Origin: an uncultured Desulfobacteraceae bacterium
GTDB taxonomy: Bacteria > Desulfobacterota > Syntrophobacteria > BM002
Length of the DNA stretch: 64,000 bases
Reading direction: 5' to 3'
NCBI GenBank assembly: GCA_964346905.1
Contig: CAYFXH010000001.1
Coordinates: 1,280-65,279 of the forward strand
Of this stretch, positions 47,708 through 57,809 are shown piece by piece. The position numbers and the translations under genes are program-made. The number at the start of each line of letters is the position of its first letter. Position 1 is the first letter of the stretch. The notes under the pieces were generated by a model. It was not told the origin of the DNA and made no database searches. It worked only from the letters and a program-made list of their open reading frames with translations.

Positions 47708-48322
47708 ATGCATATTTCTGAAGGAATACTGTCAGCACCCGTGCTGATTACCGGTGCAGCCCTCACAGCTGCCGGTGTTGCCGTGGGGCTAAGGAAGATG
47801 GACAATGAGAATATTCCCCGGGTTGCCGTCTTGACCTCGGCGTTTTTCGTCGCTTCACTGATACGTGTACCTCTGGGCCCTTCCGCTGTGCATCTGGTTT
47901 TAAACGGCCTTCTCGGGTTGGTACTTGGCTGGGCCGCATTTCCGGCTATTCTTGTGGGCGTGGCGCTCCAAGCCCTCCTTTTTCAGTTTGGCGGGTTGAC
48001 TACTCTGGGTATAAATACCTTCATCATGGCCATGCCCGCTATCCTCTGCTATTACTTCTTCGCCAGAACCATTATCCAGAAACAATCAGGGGTGGCCATG
48101 GCCCTTGCCTTTGCCAGCGGCTTTGTTGCAATCTTTCTGAGTGCTCTCCTGTTGGCCCTATCTCTAAGATTTACGGGAGAATCGTTTCTCGAGGCAGCCA
48201 AGCTTCTCGTGGTAGCACACCTTCCCGTGATGGTTCTCGAGGGTGCTGTTGCCGCCTTCTGTTTGGCGTTCCTCATGAAGGTCAAACCAGATCTCCTGGG
48301 AGCACCTCATGCCACCGGGTAG
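47708..48322 (+). CDS. cbiM: ECF transporter substrate-specific component CbiM/NikM
   Basis: N-terminal MHISEGIL (hallmark MHIxEG), 5-6 TM helices. Confidence 0.85.
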   Translation: MHISEGILSAPVLITGAALTAAGVAVGLRKMDNENIPRVAVLTSAFFVASLIRVPLGPSAVHLVLNGLLGLVLGWAAFPAILVGVALQALLFQFGGLTTLGINTFIMAMPAILCYYFFARTIIQKQSGVAMALAFASGFVAIFLSALLLALSLRFTGESFLEAAKLLVVAHLPVMVLEGAVAAFCLAFLMKVKPDLLGAPHATG

Positions 48323-48971
48323 GAAACGGAGTCTTTTTCAGAAGGCGGCCATTGCCAGCTTCGTTGGAATCTTGCTCGCCTCGACGCTGATGGCCACCAG
48401 TCTCCTGGCCCACAAGGTGAACGTGTTTGCCTGGGTTGAGGGTGACATAATCTTCGTGGAGGGCTATTTCCCCGGTGGCAAAAACGCGCAGAATTCACTG
48501 GTGGAAGTATTCAACCAGGCTGGAGCCAAACTTTTGGAAGGAAGAACCAACGAAAAGGGCGAGTTCTCCTTCAAGACTCCAGAAAAGACCGATCTTAAGA
48601 TCGTGCTCAGCGCCGGGATGGAGCACAGGAACGACTTCACTGTGTTTGCCAGCGACTTTGCAGAAACAGCGCCATCGCCGGCCGCACCCTTCCGAGAACT
48701 CCAGGAGAGCGAGACACTCTCCGGTGAGGTTGATGAGGACATGCGGCGGCTGGAAGCACTAATCAACCGAACGTTGGACCGCAAGCTTACCCCGGTAATC
48801 AAACTCATCCGCGACTCCAGGAGAGAGGGCCCGACTTTTTCTGAGATCGTTGGAGGTATTGGTTATATTTTCGGACTCGTTGGGGTGGCGCTTTATTTTA
48901 GTAATAGAAAAAAGAAAGAAGGCGGTCAGCGGTCAGCGGTCAGCGGTCAGCAAGATACGGACGGGCAGTAA
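48309..48971 (+). CDS. CbiN/NikL-like accessory membrane protein with periplasmic beta-sandwich-like domain
   Basis: N-terminal TM, HKVNVFAWVEGDIIFVEGYF...EKGEFSFKTPEKTDLKIVL, C-terminal TM; position between cbiM and cbiQ. Confidence 0.45.
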   Translation: MPPGRKRSLFQKAAIASFVGILLASTLMATSLLAHKVNVFAWVEGDIIFVEGYFPGGKNAQNSLVEVFNQAGAKLLEGRTNEKGEFSFKTPEKTDLKIVLSAGMEHRNDFTVFASDFAETAPSPAAPFRELQESETLSGEVDEDMRRLEALINRTLDRKLTPVIKLIRDSRREGPTFSEIVGGIGYIFGLVGVALYFSNRKKKEGGQRSAVSGQQDTDGQ

Positions 48972-49052
48972 TCATTTCCAAGTGCTGCTGTACGAATTAT
49001 CACCTGTTGCGTTTTGATTCTTGCTTATAGCTGACGGCTGATAGCTGATAGC
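48923..49052. repeat. (cggtcag)x4 tandem at the 3 end of 48309..48971 and imperfect inverted copy gctgacggctgatagctgatagc 60 nt downstream
   Basis: Seen directly; encodes GGQRSAVSGQQ tail; arms could pair as a 3 hairpin. Confidence 0.5.
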
Positions 49053-49061
49053 TCAAAAGAA

Positions 49062-49820
49062 ATGCACATAGATAACTTCGCCAGCGGAGATTCCCTTCTC
49101 CATCGTCTCGATCCCCGAGTGAAAATAGTCGTCGCTACGCTGTTTTCTGTGGTGGTTGCCCTCGCAGATAACTACCTTTGCCTGGTGACAGCTGTTGGCG
49201 TAGCTGTCACTTTGCTGCTTGTGGCCCGGCTCTCTTGGAAACAGGTCGCTCTCCGTTTGCTCGCGGTAAACACCTTTATTTTCTTCCTTTGGCTTTTTTT
49301 GCCTTTCACCTACGGAGGTGAAGAACTCTTCAGTATCGGTCCCTTGCACGCTACACGTGAAGGGATTGGTTACGCCCTGCTCATCACGGTAAAGTCGAAT
49401 ACCATTGTGCTCGGACTGATCGCGCTGCTCGCCACCAGTCCCATTATCACCCTTGGCCACGCTATGAGCCATCTTCATGTTCCCGACAAATTGATTCATC
49501 TTTTCTTCTTTACCATCCGGTATCTCCAGGTACTCCATTTGGAGTACGAGCGGTTGCGTGATGCCATGAGGATTCGCGGATTCAAACCTCGCTCCAACCT
49601 GCACACCTACAAAAGCCTAGCTTATCTCATTGGCATGCTCTTGACCAAGAGCTTTGATCGGGCTGAACGCATTAGAAAAGCAATGCTCTGTCGAGGATTT
49701 CACGGAAAATATTATCTCATTAGTCATTTTAAGCTGAAGAGAGGCGACATGGCCATGTTTGTCTTCATGATGCTGATCATAAGTGGGATGGTGGCGTTGC
49801 AATGGCTAACCCCGAAGTAA
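49062..49820 (+). CDS. cbiQ: ECF transporter transmembrane (T) component CbiQ
   Basis: 252 aa multi-TM; conserved ARG-containing C-terminal loop (AMRIRGF...RIRKAMLCRGF). Confidence 0.8.
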   Translation: MHIDNFASGDSLLHRLDPRVKIVVATLFSVVVALADNYLCLVTAVGVAVTLLLVARLSWKQVALRLLAVNTFIFFLWLFLPFTYGGEELFSIGPLHATREGIGYALLITVKSNTIVLGLIALLATSPIITLGHAMSHLHVPDKLIHLFFFTIRYLQVLHLEYERLRDAMRIRGFKPRSNLHTYKSLAYLIGMLLTKSFDRAERIRKAMLCRGFHGKYYLISHFKLKRGDMAMFVFMMLIISGMVALQWLTPK

Positions 49821-50482
49821 TCATAAACGTGAACCGGATCTCCTTTGCGTACCATGGGAACCAAGCCAAACGGCCGGTTCTGGATGATCTCAATTTCCAG
49901 CTAATCCGCGGGGAACGGGTGGGTTTGATCGGCGCCAATGGCAGTGGTAAGACCACGCTTTTTCACCTGATCATGGGGCTCCTGCCACCGACCCGGGGAG
50001 ATATTGAGGTGTTCGGCGAGAAGCGAAGACAGGAAAAAGATTTCAAAGAAGTCAGAGAGAGGATCGGTCTGCTCTTTCAGGATGCCGATGATCAACTTTT
50101 CTGCCCCACGGTGGCCGAAGACGTGGCCTTCGGTCCGCTGAACCTGGGAAAGACCCAAGAGGAAGCAGGAGCTATCACTCAGGATATCCTAACGAGGCTC
50201 GGGCTGGAAGGTTTTCAGAAGCGTTTAACCTATAAGCTTTCAGGAGGGGAGAAACGGCTGGTTGCTTTGGCCACTGTCCTGGCCATGCAACCAGAAGTTC
50301 TCATCCTTGATGAACCCAGTACCGGCCTCGATGAAGATACGATGAAACTACTCGTCCATATACTCAACAACTCTGACCTTACCTACCTCATCGCCTCCCA
50401 CAATACCGATTTTCTGACACAGACCACTGATGTTATCTACCGGCTGGCAAATGGGAAGATAACCAGAACAACTGAGAGCTAA
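49802..50482 (+). CDS. cbiO: ECF transporter ATP-binding (A) component CbiO
   Basis: Walker A GANGSGKTT, signature LSGGEKRL, Walker B ILILDEP. Confidence 0.85.
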   Translation: MANPEVIINVNRISFAYHGNQAKRPVLDDLNFQLIRGERVGLIGANGSGKTTLFHLIMGLLPPTRGDIEVFGEKRRQEKDFKEVRERIGLLFQDADDQLFCPTVAEDVAFGPLNLGKTQEEAGAITQDILTRLGLEGFQKRLTYKLSGGEKRLVALATVLAMQPEVLILDEPSTGLDEDTMKLLVHILNNSDLTYLIASHNTDFLTQTTDVIYRLANGKITRTTES

Positions 50483-50504
50483 TCCTTCGAGACAACAAGA
50501 TGAA

Positions 50505-51089
50505 TCAGTGTCCAGGAGCCTTGCCCAGCAGGGTCTCAAGTTCCTTCTTTTGAGCCTCGAGCTTGGTTTTCAGGGCCCGGGCCTCACTGGCGGTCGCCTC
50601 CATCTCCTTGAAAATCTGCTCCACCTGCTTGTCCGCCGAGTCGTGCTCGCCGGCCAACGGACTGTATGCCATCCGGGCGTTCTCGATAAACCCCTTAACG
50701 TTCTTTTCGAGATCGCCGGCGGTGTCTTCGGTGCGGTGGAGATTTTCGCGCACTAGATGATTGAAGATGTTCTTGAATGCTTTTTCAAGACCCGCTTGGT
50801 CTTGGCGATTAACGGCATCCTCCAGAGGCTTATACAGGTCCATATTGTCGTGGTGGCTCAGGTCGCGGATGGGCTTGGCGATGTCTTTCAGCTCCTCGCC
50901 CAGATGATGCCAGTCAAGCTTGCCCTCTTCTAAATGGTGCTGGAGTTCTTTATAGGTGGCTACAACCTTATTCACCGTCTTCCGTTCTTTGTGATAGGCC
51001 TGGGCGGGTTGTCCCCAGACTGCGAGGCAGAGCGCAAAGACGAGGCCTAGTACTGCCAGCCTTTCCAGTGTAGTAAACTGTTTGCTCAT
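50505..51089 (-). CDS. Hypothetical secreted alpha-helical protein
   Basis: Signal peptide ending AQA; His/Asp/Glu-rich helical repeats; no known domain recognised. Confidence 0.45.
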   Translation of the reverse strand: MSKQFTTLERLAVLGLVFALCLAVWGQPAQAYHKERKTVNKVVATYKELQHHLEEGKLDWHHLGEELKDIAKPIRDLSHHDNMDLYKPLEDAVNRQDQAGLEKAFKNIFNHLVRENLHRTEDTAGDLEKNVKGFIENARMAYSPLAGEHDSADKQVEQIFKEMEATASEARALKTKLEAQKKELETLLGKAPGH

Positions 51090-51651
51090 GGTTTACATCT
51101 CCTCTCGTTGATAAGAGATTCTCTCGTGTAAGCGGTCTTCTCGTGGACCTAGAACTGTTAAATGTTCTTAGTTGAACCGCAACATCTAGAAACTGACCTA
51201 ACCTCTCAAAAAGTATTTTTCTTATAAGGCTACCGCACTTGGATGTCAAGCGGAGCCCTTCTTGCCGTTGGTCAAACGTTCATTCATTTTGGGTGTACTT
51301 TCACCGTGCATCCAAGGGTTGAAGGGGAGAATTATCACAGGACTTTCCTCAAAAATTCAGGTACTGAACAAGACGAACTGGCCTTTTGTGGTGTTTCTTC
51401 TGAGTGACCTGCCCTGTTGAATAGGGTTCCCTTCGGGAAATTCAACAGGGCTGACGGCAGGTCTGAGCCACTTCTTTAGCGAAACCATACTCTGTCAGAA
51501 GAATTGACCTTACTCCAACCATTGTTTATGGTTAGGAACTATCCGGTTGCGAATTCCCTCATTCTTGATGGCTAGCATAACTGCTTGTGTCCAAATTCGC
51601 GCCATATCACTGAAATAGATATCATAAGCAGGGCATCAGGAGATCAGAGCC

Positions 51652-52284
51652 ATGACCCGCCGGACCGTCTGGCTGATTCTTTTTTCTCTTTTTGTTTTTT
51701 TCCTGTGTAGCGGATTTAATCATTTATCCGTACATCCCCTCACCGTTGAGCCAGAAGGTAAAGAGCTACTCAGTGGGGAACCCTTTATCTACAGAATCGA
51801 ACCTGAAACACGAGGCGGCGAGGCCTACAAGCTCGTTTATATTGTGCCTGTCCCCATTGAGGTTTTCTGGAGGTTTAAGACGGATTTTCATGGCGATTTC
51901 CTCGAGACCAACAAGTACGTCAAAGAGCAGAAAGTCATCCGAGAACAACAAAATGTGGTCATCGTTGAGAACAGGTTGTCACATAAACCTGAGACAAGAT
52001 TTAGATGGCGAAATACCCTTCACCCGCAGAAATTCCGTCTGGATTTTGTCCTGGAAAACCCTGAACAGTGCGGCCAAAAATTTCACTACGGCCACATCCA
52101 GCTTGAAGCATCTGGATCTTACACCAAAGTCTCCCATGCGGCGTACTTTGATTTTCTTGGGGCTTCCCTGTGGGCCAACTATCCCTGGCAGGGCGGCATG
52201 TACGTTTTTTTGGACTACATTGCCCGGTGGGAACAAGAGATCATTGTTCAGCTGAAAGATGACTACAAAGAGAAAGAACCATAA
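51652..52284 (+). CDS. Hypothetical secreted protein
   Basis: 210 aa with N-terminal hydrophobic signal; no motif recognised. Confidence 0.45.
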   Translation: MTRRTVWLILFSLFVFFLCSGFNHLSVHPLTVEPEGKELLSGEPFIYRIEPETRGGEAYKLVYIVPVPIEVFWRFKTDFHGDFLETNKYVKEQKVIREQQNVVIVENRLSHKPETRFRWRNTLHPQKFRLDFVLENPEQCGQKFHYGHIQLEASGSYTKVSHAAYFDFLGASLWANYPWQGGMYVFLDYIARWEQEIIVQLKDDYKEKEP

Positions 52285-52625
52285 AGAAACGTTCACTCGA
52301 CGAATATGGAGGTCCCCATGCTTCCCGGCCAACGGCAACCACTTGGCGGAGCTGGCACGGCTAGAACTCTCATCGCAGGTGGGAAGAAGGGCTACGACAG
52401 ATCAGCACCTGCAGGTAAGGTCCCTCATTCAACTCTTCACCTCTTTGAGTAGCTGGATCCCTTCACTTTTGCAGTACCATTGGAGAATTACAACGACCTA
52501 CACTGGCCGGTTGCACCTGCCGCTGATATAGTTGGGCTGAAAGCAACACCAGTGGAAAATCTCCGGTCTGGTTATCCATTACTTCCAAAGGAGCTTCCAG
52601 CAGGGAGGAAAAATGGTGGAAAAAG

Positions 52626-53369
52626 ATGAAAACGCACGGTGCAGTCAGAGGGAAAGTATTCTTGCAACATATTTCGAGTTCTGAGATGCTCAGCGCTCGT
52701 TTGGCCCGCTGGTCTTTCATTCATTCCGTATTGATGGTCCTGGCTACGACCATCTCCCTGGCTGCTGACTCGGTTCACATATTGCTCTTGATTGGTGCTC
52801 TTTCCTTCTGTTTTTTGGTATTCATGGCTCGACCCTTCTGGACCGGGGCAGGTCTCTTCGGGCCAGCCAATAGGGTGACGGCTGTTCGTCTGGCTGGGGT
52901 ACTGGCTCTCCCTTTTCTCAACAACCCCGTCTTCGTTGCCGGATTCGGTCTCGCCCTGCTGTTGCTAGACGGACTGGATGGCTGGCTGGCTCGGCGGCAT
53001 GATCAGGCTTCCGAATTTGGCGAGTATTTCGACAAGGAAACAGACGCTTTCTTTTTGCTGGTCTTGTGCGTCCTTGCCGTTTTCCGCCACCGGTTGGGGT
53101 ATTGGATCTTGATAGCAGGTCTGCTTCGATACGCATTCATACTTATGCTCCACTGCTTCAAATCCACCCTCGTCAAAGAGCGAAAATCCTCGCGAGCCCG
53201 AATTATGTATGGTTTGGTGATGCTAGCGATGCTCGCTGTTTTCCTGCCGTATGCCACCTTCTCCAGACTCCTCGTGGTCGCAGCGACAATGGGATTAATC
53301 CTGTCGTTCGTTTTAGACTTTTTCTTCGCGTTTTCAGGTAGACTACCCTTGCGGAAAAACGGCTCTTGA
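52626..53369 (+). CDS. CDP-alcohol phosphatidyltransferase family protein
   Basis: DGLDGWLARRHDQASEFGEYFDKETDAFF matches the D-G-x2-A-R-x8-G-x3-D-x3-D motif; start probably Met21. Confidence 0.75.
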   Translation: MKTHGAVRGKVFLQHISSSEMLSARLARWSFIHSVLMVLATTISLAADSVHILLLIGALSFCFLVFMARPFWTGAGLFGPANRVTAVRLAGVLALPFLNNPVFVAGFGLALLLLDGLDGWLARRHDQASEFGEYFDKETDAFFLLVLCVLAVFRHRLGYWILIAGLLRYAFILMLHCFKSTLVKERKSSRARIMYGLVMLAMLAVFLPYATFSRLLVVAATMGLILSFVLDFFFAFSGRLPLRKNGS

Positions 53370-54250
53370 ACAAGCGACACCAGTCCAGATTGCACCGTTG
53401 GCATACTCCCACCGAACCTCGAAGAAAAATTTCCCCTCACCCGGTTATGGAGCACACCGCTGGAGTCGTTTCTGTGCTTGAGCGATTTCGCAGATTGAAA
53501 ACCAAAGAGGTCTTCACCTCCGGCGACATCAAAAGGTTTTTTGATGCGTGTGCCCCTACGTATGCGCAGGAGCACGGCGATGTCCAGCGCTTGCTGCACT
53601 ATCGGACCGCTCTCATCAAGGAGGTTGTCCGCCCGGAAAACAACCACGTCGTTTTGGACGTTGGCTGCGGTATTGGTCATCATCTCTTGGCACTGGCCAA
53701 AGACATTGGTCATGGCATTGGCATTGATTTTTCAGAAAAGATGATTGCCCTGGCAAAACGACTCACCCATGATTCGCCTTGGCGAGGGAGGCTAACCTTT
53801 CATCTGGACGACGCAGAAGAATTGTCAACCATACCCGACGCTTCCATCGATATCATTATCTGCATCGGCGCCCTGGAGCATATGCCCAGGAAGCATGCTG
53901 TCCTGTCAAGTGGCTATCGAGTTCTCAAACCGGGTGGCCGCTTTCTTTGTCTAACTCCCAACGGGGAGAATCTTTGGTACCGTTTCCTTGCACCACTTCT
54001 GAGGGTAGACACCAAGCATCTTTCCACCGATACATTTCTGACAGGCCGGGATATGGAGCAACTCCTGGCTGGCTCAGGATACGATCAAATCTCATTTGAA
54101 TATTGGACCTTTATCCCAAAAGGAGACATCCATTGGATGGTGAGCGCTACCCTGCAGGTGCTGGATACGGTAGGCACGCTTCTCCACATGGGCAGCCTCA
54201 GGGGAGGGCTTTTCATTACCGGCCGCAAACCCCGGGGCAAAGATTGGTGA
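53366..54250 (+). CDS. Class I SAM-dependent methyltransferase
   Basis: Motif I VLDVGCGIGHH; start uncertain (TTG 53366 or Met28 at 53447). Confidence 0.7.
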   Translation: MNKRHQSRLHRWHTPTEPRRKISPHPVMEHTAGVVSVLERFRRLKTKEVFTSGDIKRFFDACAPTYAQEHGDVQRLLHYRTALIKEVVRPENNHVVLDVGCGIGHHLLALAKDIGHGIGIDFSEKMIALAKRLTHDSPWRGRLTFHLDDAEELSTIPDASIDIIICIGALEHMPRKHAVLSSGYRVLKPGGRFLCLTPNGENLWYRFLAPLLRVDTKHLSTDTFLTGRDMEQLLAGSGYDQISFEYWTFIPKGDIHWMVSATLQVLDTVGTLLHMGSLRGGLFITGRKPRGKDW

Positions 54251-54290
54251 GATCGTTTGGGTGAGTTTCTCGGCGCATGCCCCTCTATAG

Positions 54291-55202
54291 TTACGGTCGC
54301 CCGAGCACATCTAACTGATGGGCGATATAAAAAAGCCGCCCTTCTTCAATGTGGCGGTGGCGTGTTGTCAGCCATTGTTCCAGTTGGTGGACCTCAAGCT
54401 CGGGACACCCCCTCAGTCCATCCTCCATGAGGTGCAAGATATGGTGCAGGAAATATGCTTCATCTGCTGGATAGGGGGGATAGACCACCCAGTCCGAACT
54501 GTGGGCGGCCAGGATTGCGGTCCCCTGCAGCCAGAGGGTTTCAAGCAGAATTCGCCCCGTCTGGCTATGTCCCGCAGGCCGCCCCTGGAGCACCCGCTCG
54601 TTCATGCACCGGTGGTAGCAAGCCTCCACTCTGGCATCAAAATCTGGATCCACAGTTGGCCGCAAAATGGTGCCGCCGTCGAAAACCAGGGTGAAGTAGA
54701 AGAGTCCTCCTGCATGCAGACAGGAGAGGAGGGTGGGCAGGGTGGTATCCAGATCTACCAGGTCCATGAAGGCGTGTGCAATGAGGAGATCCCAGGACCT
54801 CCCCGGCTGCTTTGCCAGGTGGAAGATATCCGTGGCGATGAATTCCAGTGAGATCTCTTGCCTGTCCCCTGCTAGGATGAGTCGGTCCTGTTGTGCTCGC
54901 TTTGCCTGCCAGCCGCGGGACTCGGCCCAGATTGGCAAGCGCACGGCTGCCCTGGCCAAGAGAGAAGAGTCTACGTCCACGGCTGTGTAGTTTAAATCAC
55001 GATGGAGGCCCCATTCCACCAACCGTTCTACCATGGTCCCAACTCCTGCGCCCACCTCCAGCACCTGGAGGGGTTGGTTGGGGGAAAAACTCTTCAATTC
55101 CTCGAGAAGTCGCTCCCAGCACCGTCGGCTCAGGGCGCGGTCATCCACAGTGCGCTTGGCCTCCAGATAGCGGCTGAAACTATAGTGTTCGGGTTGTGCC
55201 AT
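54291..55202 (-). CDS. Class I SAM-dependent methyltransferase
   Basis: Motif I VLEVGAGVGTM; last gene of the minus-strand operon 60401->54291. Confidence 0.7.
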   Translation of the reverse strand: MAQPEHYSFSRYLEAKRTVDDRALSRRCWERLLEELKSFSPNQPLQVLEVGAGVGTMVERLVEWGLHRDLNYTAVDVDSSLLARAAVRLPIWAESRGWQAKRAQQDRLILAGDRQEISLEFIATDIFHLAKQPGRSWDLLIAHAFMDLVDLDTTLPTLLSCLHAGGLFYFTLVFDGGTILRPTVDPDFDARVEACYHRCMNERVLQGRPAGHSQTGRILLETLWLQGTAILAAHSSDWVVYPPYPADEAYFLHHILHLMEDGLRGCPELEVHQLEQWLTTRHRHIEEGRLFYIAHQLDVLGRP

Positions 55203-55204
55203 GT

Positions 55205-56299
55205 TCAGTGGCTGCTGCTGGAAATGGCTTCCACAAGAAAATCACGGATTGTGGAAGCTGTTTGCTCCCAGCTGGGAAATGTGTCAAAACGTCGTCGTGC
55301 TACAAGGCTCAAGCGGAGCAGTTCGTCCCGATTGTTGAGCAATCGCTGCAACAGGTGGACGAGTCCGCTCAGGTCTCCCGGCTCGAAGAGATAACCGTTC
55401 TCGCCGTGGCTGACAATCTCTTCTGCTCCACCGCGGCGGCATGCCAGGGAAGGAAGCCCGTAGGCCATTCCCTCCAGGTAGACGATACCGAAGCCTTCGT
55501 AGGAGAAAGGCATGGCAATGACGTCGCTCTCCTTGAGAAGATGCGTTAGCTCACCGTCAGTGAGTGATCCCAGTAGCCGCACCTTCCCATCAACACCCAG
55601 GGTTGTGATTCGTTGCCGAACCGTAGCTACGTAACCCACGTCTACCTCCAAGCTGCCAACCACAGACAACTGCCAGGACTCGTGCCGGAGCGAAGCCAGG
55701 GCCGTGAGCAGATCGTCCAACCCCTTTCGAGAGATCACATTACCCACAAAGGCGAGGTTTAAGGGTCTGTCCCGCCGGACGCGATGGACGATCTCCCCCT
55801 TCTCCATAGCCGGTTCCAGACGATTCCCGCCAGGGTGAGCAACGACCCCGAACCGGGGACCACCGCACAATTCCTCCACCGAGCGACGGGTAGCCTTGCT
55901 GTTGAAGACAAATCCATCCACCGAGGTGAGATAGGAGCTTTCCACAGCCTGGTAGAGGATCCGGGCTGGAAAAGACCACTGCTCCCGGCAACGGAGGTGG
56001 TGGACGATGGAAACCACGGGGTAGGACACCCGGGGACGTAGTCTTCTGTTAAGCAGGAACAGAGAGGGGTGATTCAGCTCATCCTGGAGAAGCACGTCCA
56101 GCTGGGCCCGGGCCAAACGTTTCAGCCACTGGGCAGAGAGATTGTGCGTCAAATGTCTGGCATAAGAGTGTAAGGGCATGGAGAAGACTTCTACGTCGTC
56201 CCCACGTTTCCTGAGGTGCTCCACCAGCTTCCGATCGTAGAGATACCCTCCGCTCACGGACTGCAGAGATCCATAAATTACGATGCCAACTCGCATCAA
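55205..56299 (-). CDS. GT4-family glycosyltransferase
   Basis: 364 aa; C-terminal EGFGIVYLEGMAYGLPSLACRRGGAEEIV...NGYLFEPGD (E-x7-E GT-B motif). Confidence 0.75.
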   Translation of the reverse strand: MMRVGIVIYGSLQSVSGGYLYDRKLVEHLRKRGDDVEVFSMPLHSYARHLTHNLSAQWLKRLARAQLDVLLQDELNHPSLFLLNRRLRPRVSYPVVSIVHHLRCREQWSFPARILYQAVESSYLTSVDGFVFNSKATRRSVEELCGGPRFGVVAHPGGNRLEPAMEKGEIVHRVRRDRPLNLAFVGNVISRKGLDDLLTALASLRHESWQLSVVGSLEVDVGYVATVRQRITTLGVDGKVRLLGSLTDGELTHLLKESDVIAMPFSYEGFGIVYLEGMAYGLPSLACRRGGAEEIVSHGENGYLFEPGDLSGLVHLLQRLLNNRDELLRLSLVARRRFDTFPSWEQTASTIRDFLVEAISSSSH

Positions 56300-56673
56300 A
56301 ACGTCTCGGTATAACTAGCCCAGGCGATTCCGCTTTCCCAAACTCTTACTCTGATGCTGCTCAGGTGGTTTGAGTTCAAACGCTCCAGCAGAGTGTGGCA
56401 CCAGATACGGGAGAAGTGCTCGATGCTGGGATTAAGGCCAGCAAATTCCGGCTGATCATTGAGGGTCTTGCCGGCAAAATAGGCAACCAGATCTTCCATG
56501 GCCTCTTCGATGAGGGAGATATCAACAAGGTAGCCGAACTTGTCCAGGGTCGCTCCTGAGAGCAGCACCTCCACCGTGTAGTGGTGGCTGTGAGGCAGGT
56601 TCTCCTCGCCCCAGTCTCCCCCCACCAGGTAATGGCTCGCCTCGAACTCGCGTCTCACCGCTACCTCATACAT
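56296..56673 (-). CDS. 6-pyruvoyl-tetrahydropterin synthase-like (PTPS/QueD-fold) protein
   Basis: 125 aa; EFEASHYL ... PHSHHYTVEV zinc-binding His pattern of the PTPS fold; lacks the QueD Cys. Confidence 0.55.
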   Translation of the reverse strand: MYEVAVRREFEASHYLVGGDWGEENLPHSHHYTVEVLLSGATLDKFGYLVDISLIEEAMEDLVAYFAGKTLNDQPEFAGLNPSIEHFSRIWCHTLLERLNSNHLSSIRVRVWESGIAWASYTETF

Positions 56674-56783
56674 TCCATCTCCTCCGCGTTACTCATTGTG
56701 GCGTGGTACAGAATGGGGACTCTTGCAGTAATTTCCAACGGACAATGACTGCGAGCCCACACTGTTGCGTCTACACCACCATG

Positions 56784-57809
56784 CTAGCTGTCATAGGTGA
56801 GTATTACCTGAAGATCTTGGGACGGATCCTGGTGCAGAAGGTTGTATGCCTCGTCGGCTCGCTCCAAGGGAAAACGGCGGGTAATAAATCGAGTGGGGCC
56901 AATTTCCTGCAGCCACCGCCAGGCCACCTCCAGACGGCGAGGTTTGCTCCAGCGGCCCGTGAGCTCTGGGGCCACGGTACTCACCTGACTGCTGATCACC
57001 CTCACTCGGTTCCGGTGAAATGTACCCCCAAGGTCTACCGCGGCGCGCTGCTTCCCATACCAAGACCCCAGCACAATGCGCGCCCCAAAGCCGCAGGCCC
57101 CAAGGGCCATATCCAGTGCAGCCGGATTGCCACTCAGCTCGTAGACCAGATCCGCCCCACCCTTTGTTTCCAGTGCATCGGTCAGCCGAGCAAGGGTATC
57201 CGGGCCAGCTGGATCAAAACTCTCCGCCGCCCCCAGTTCGACGGAGATCTCCCGACGGCGGGGATAACCGTCCAGGGTAAGGAGACAATCCAGGGGAAAA
57301 CGAGATAACAGAGCCGTGCTGAGAAGTCCTACGATCCCCTGGCCGAGCACAACTACCGCCTCGCCGATCATCGGGCGGCCGTCCATAACCAGATTCACCG
57401 CAGTCTCCACGTTTGGCAGGAAGACCGCCTCCTCATCGCTTACTCCCTCAGGCAGGGGAAAAAGCTCATGGGTATAGGCAACAAAATGACTCTGGTGGGG
57501 TTGGAAAGAAAAGACCAGACGACCCAACCAGGAACCATCAACCTGCGGGCCTACATTGTACACCCGCCCAACTGAACTGTACCCGTATTTCAGGGGAAAG
57601 GTAAGGTTGCTCCCGGACAGAGCTGGTATGTACGGGTCACCGGCCATGTGCTCGGGAGCCTGACCGCGGTAAATCAACAACTCGCTGCCGGCGCTGATGC
57701 CGGAGATTAGCGTCTCCACCCCCACCTGCCCCGGCTCTGGTTCTGAAATTTTTTCTTCGCGCACCTCCACTCGCCCGGGTGCCAGGAAATAGAGGGCCCG
57801 ACGGATCAT
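56784..57809 (-). CDS. Zinc-binding/MDR-family dehydrogenase
   Basis: Start Met10 of ORF-track ORF (GGGGGAG RBS, ATGA overlap with upstream stop); GQGIVGLL NAD(P)-binding motif. Confidence 0.65.
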   Translation of the reverse strand: MIRRALYFLAPGRVEVREEKISEPEPGQVGVETLISGISAGSELLIYRGQAPEHMAGDPYIPALSGSNLTFPLKYGYSSVGRVYNVGPQVDGSWLGRLVFSFQPHQSHFVAYTHELFPLPEGVSDEEAVFLPNVETAVNLVMDGRPMIGEAVVVLGQGIVGLLSTALLSRFPLDCLLTLDGYPRRREISVELGAAESFDPAGPDTLARLTDALETKGGADLVYELSGNPAALDMALGACGFGARIVLGSWYGKQRAAVDLGGTFHRNRVRVISSQVSTVAPELTGRWSKPRRLEVAWRWLQEIGPTRFITRRFPLERADEAYNLLHQDPSQDLQVILTYDS

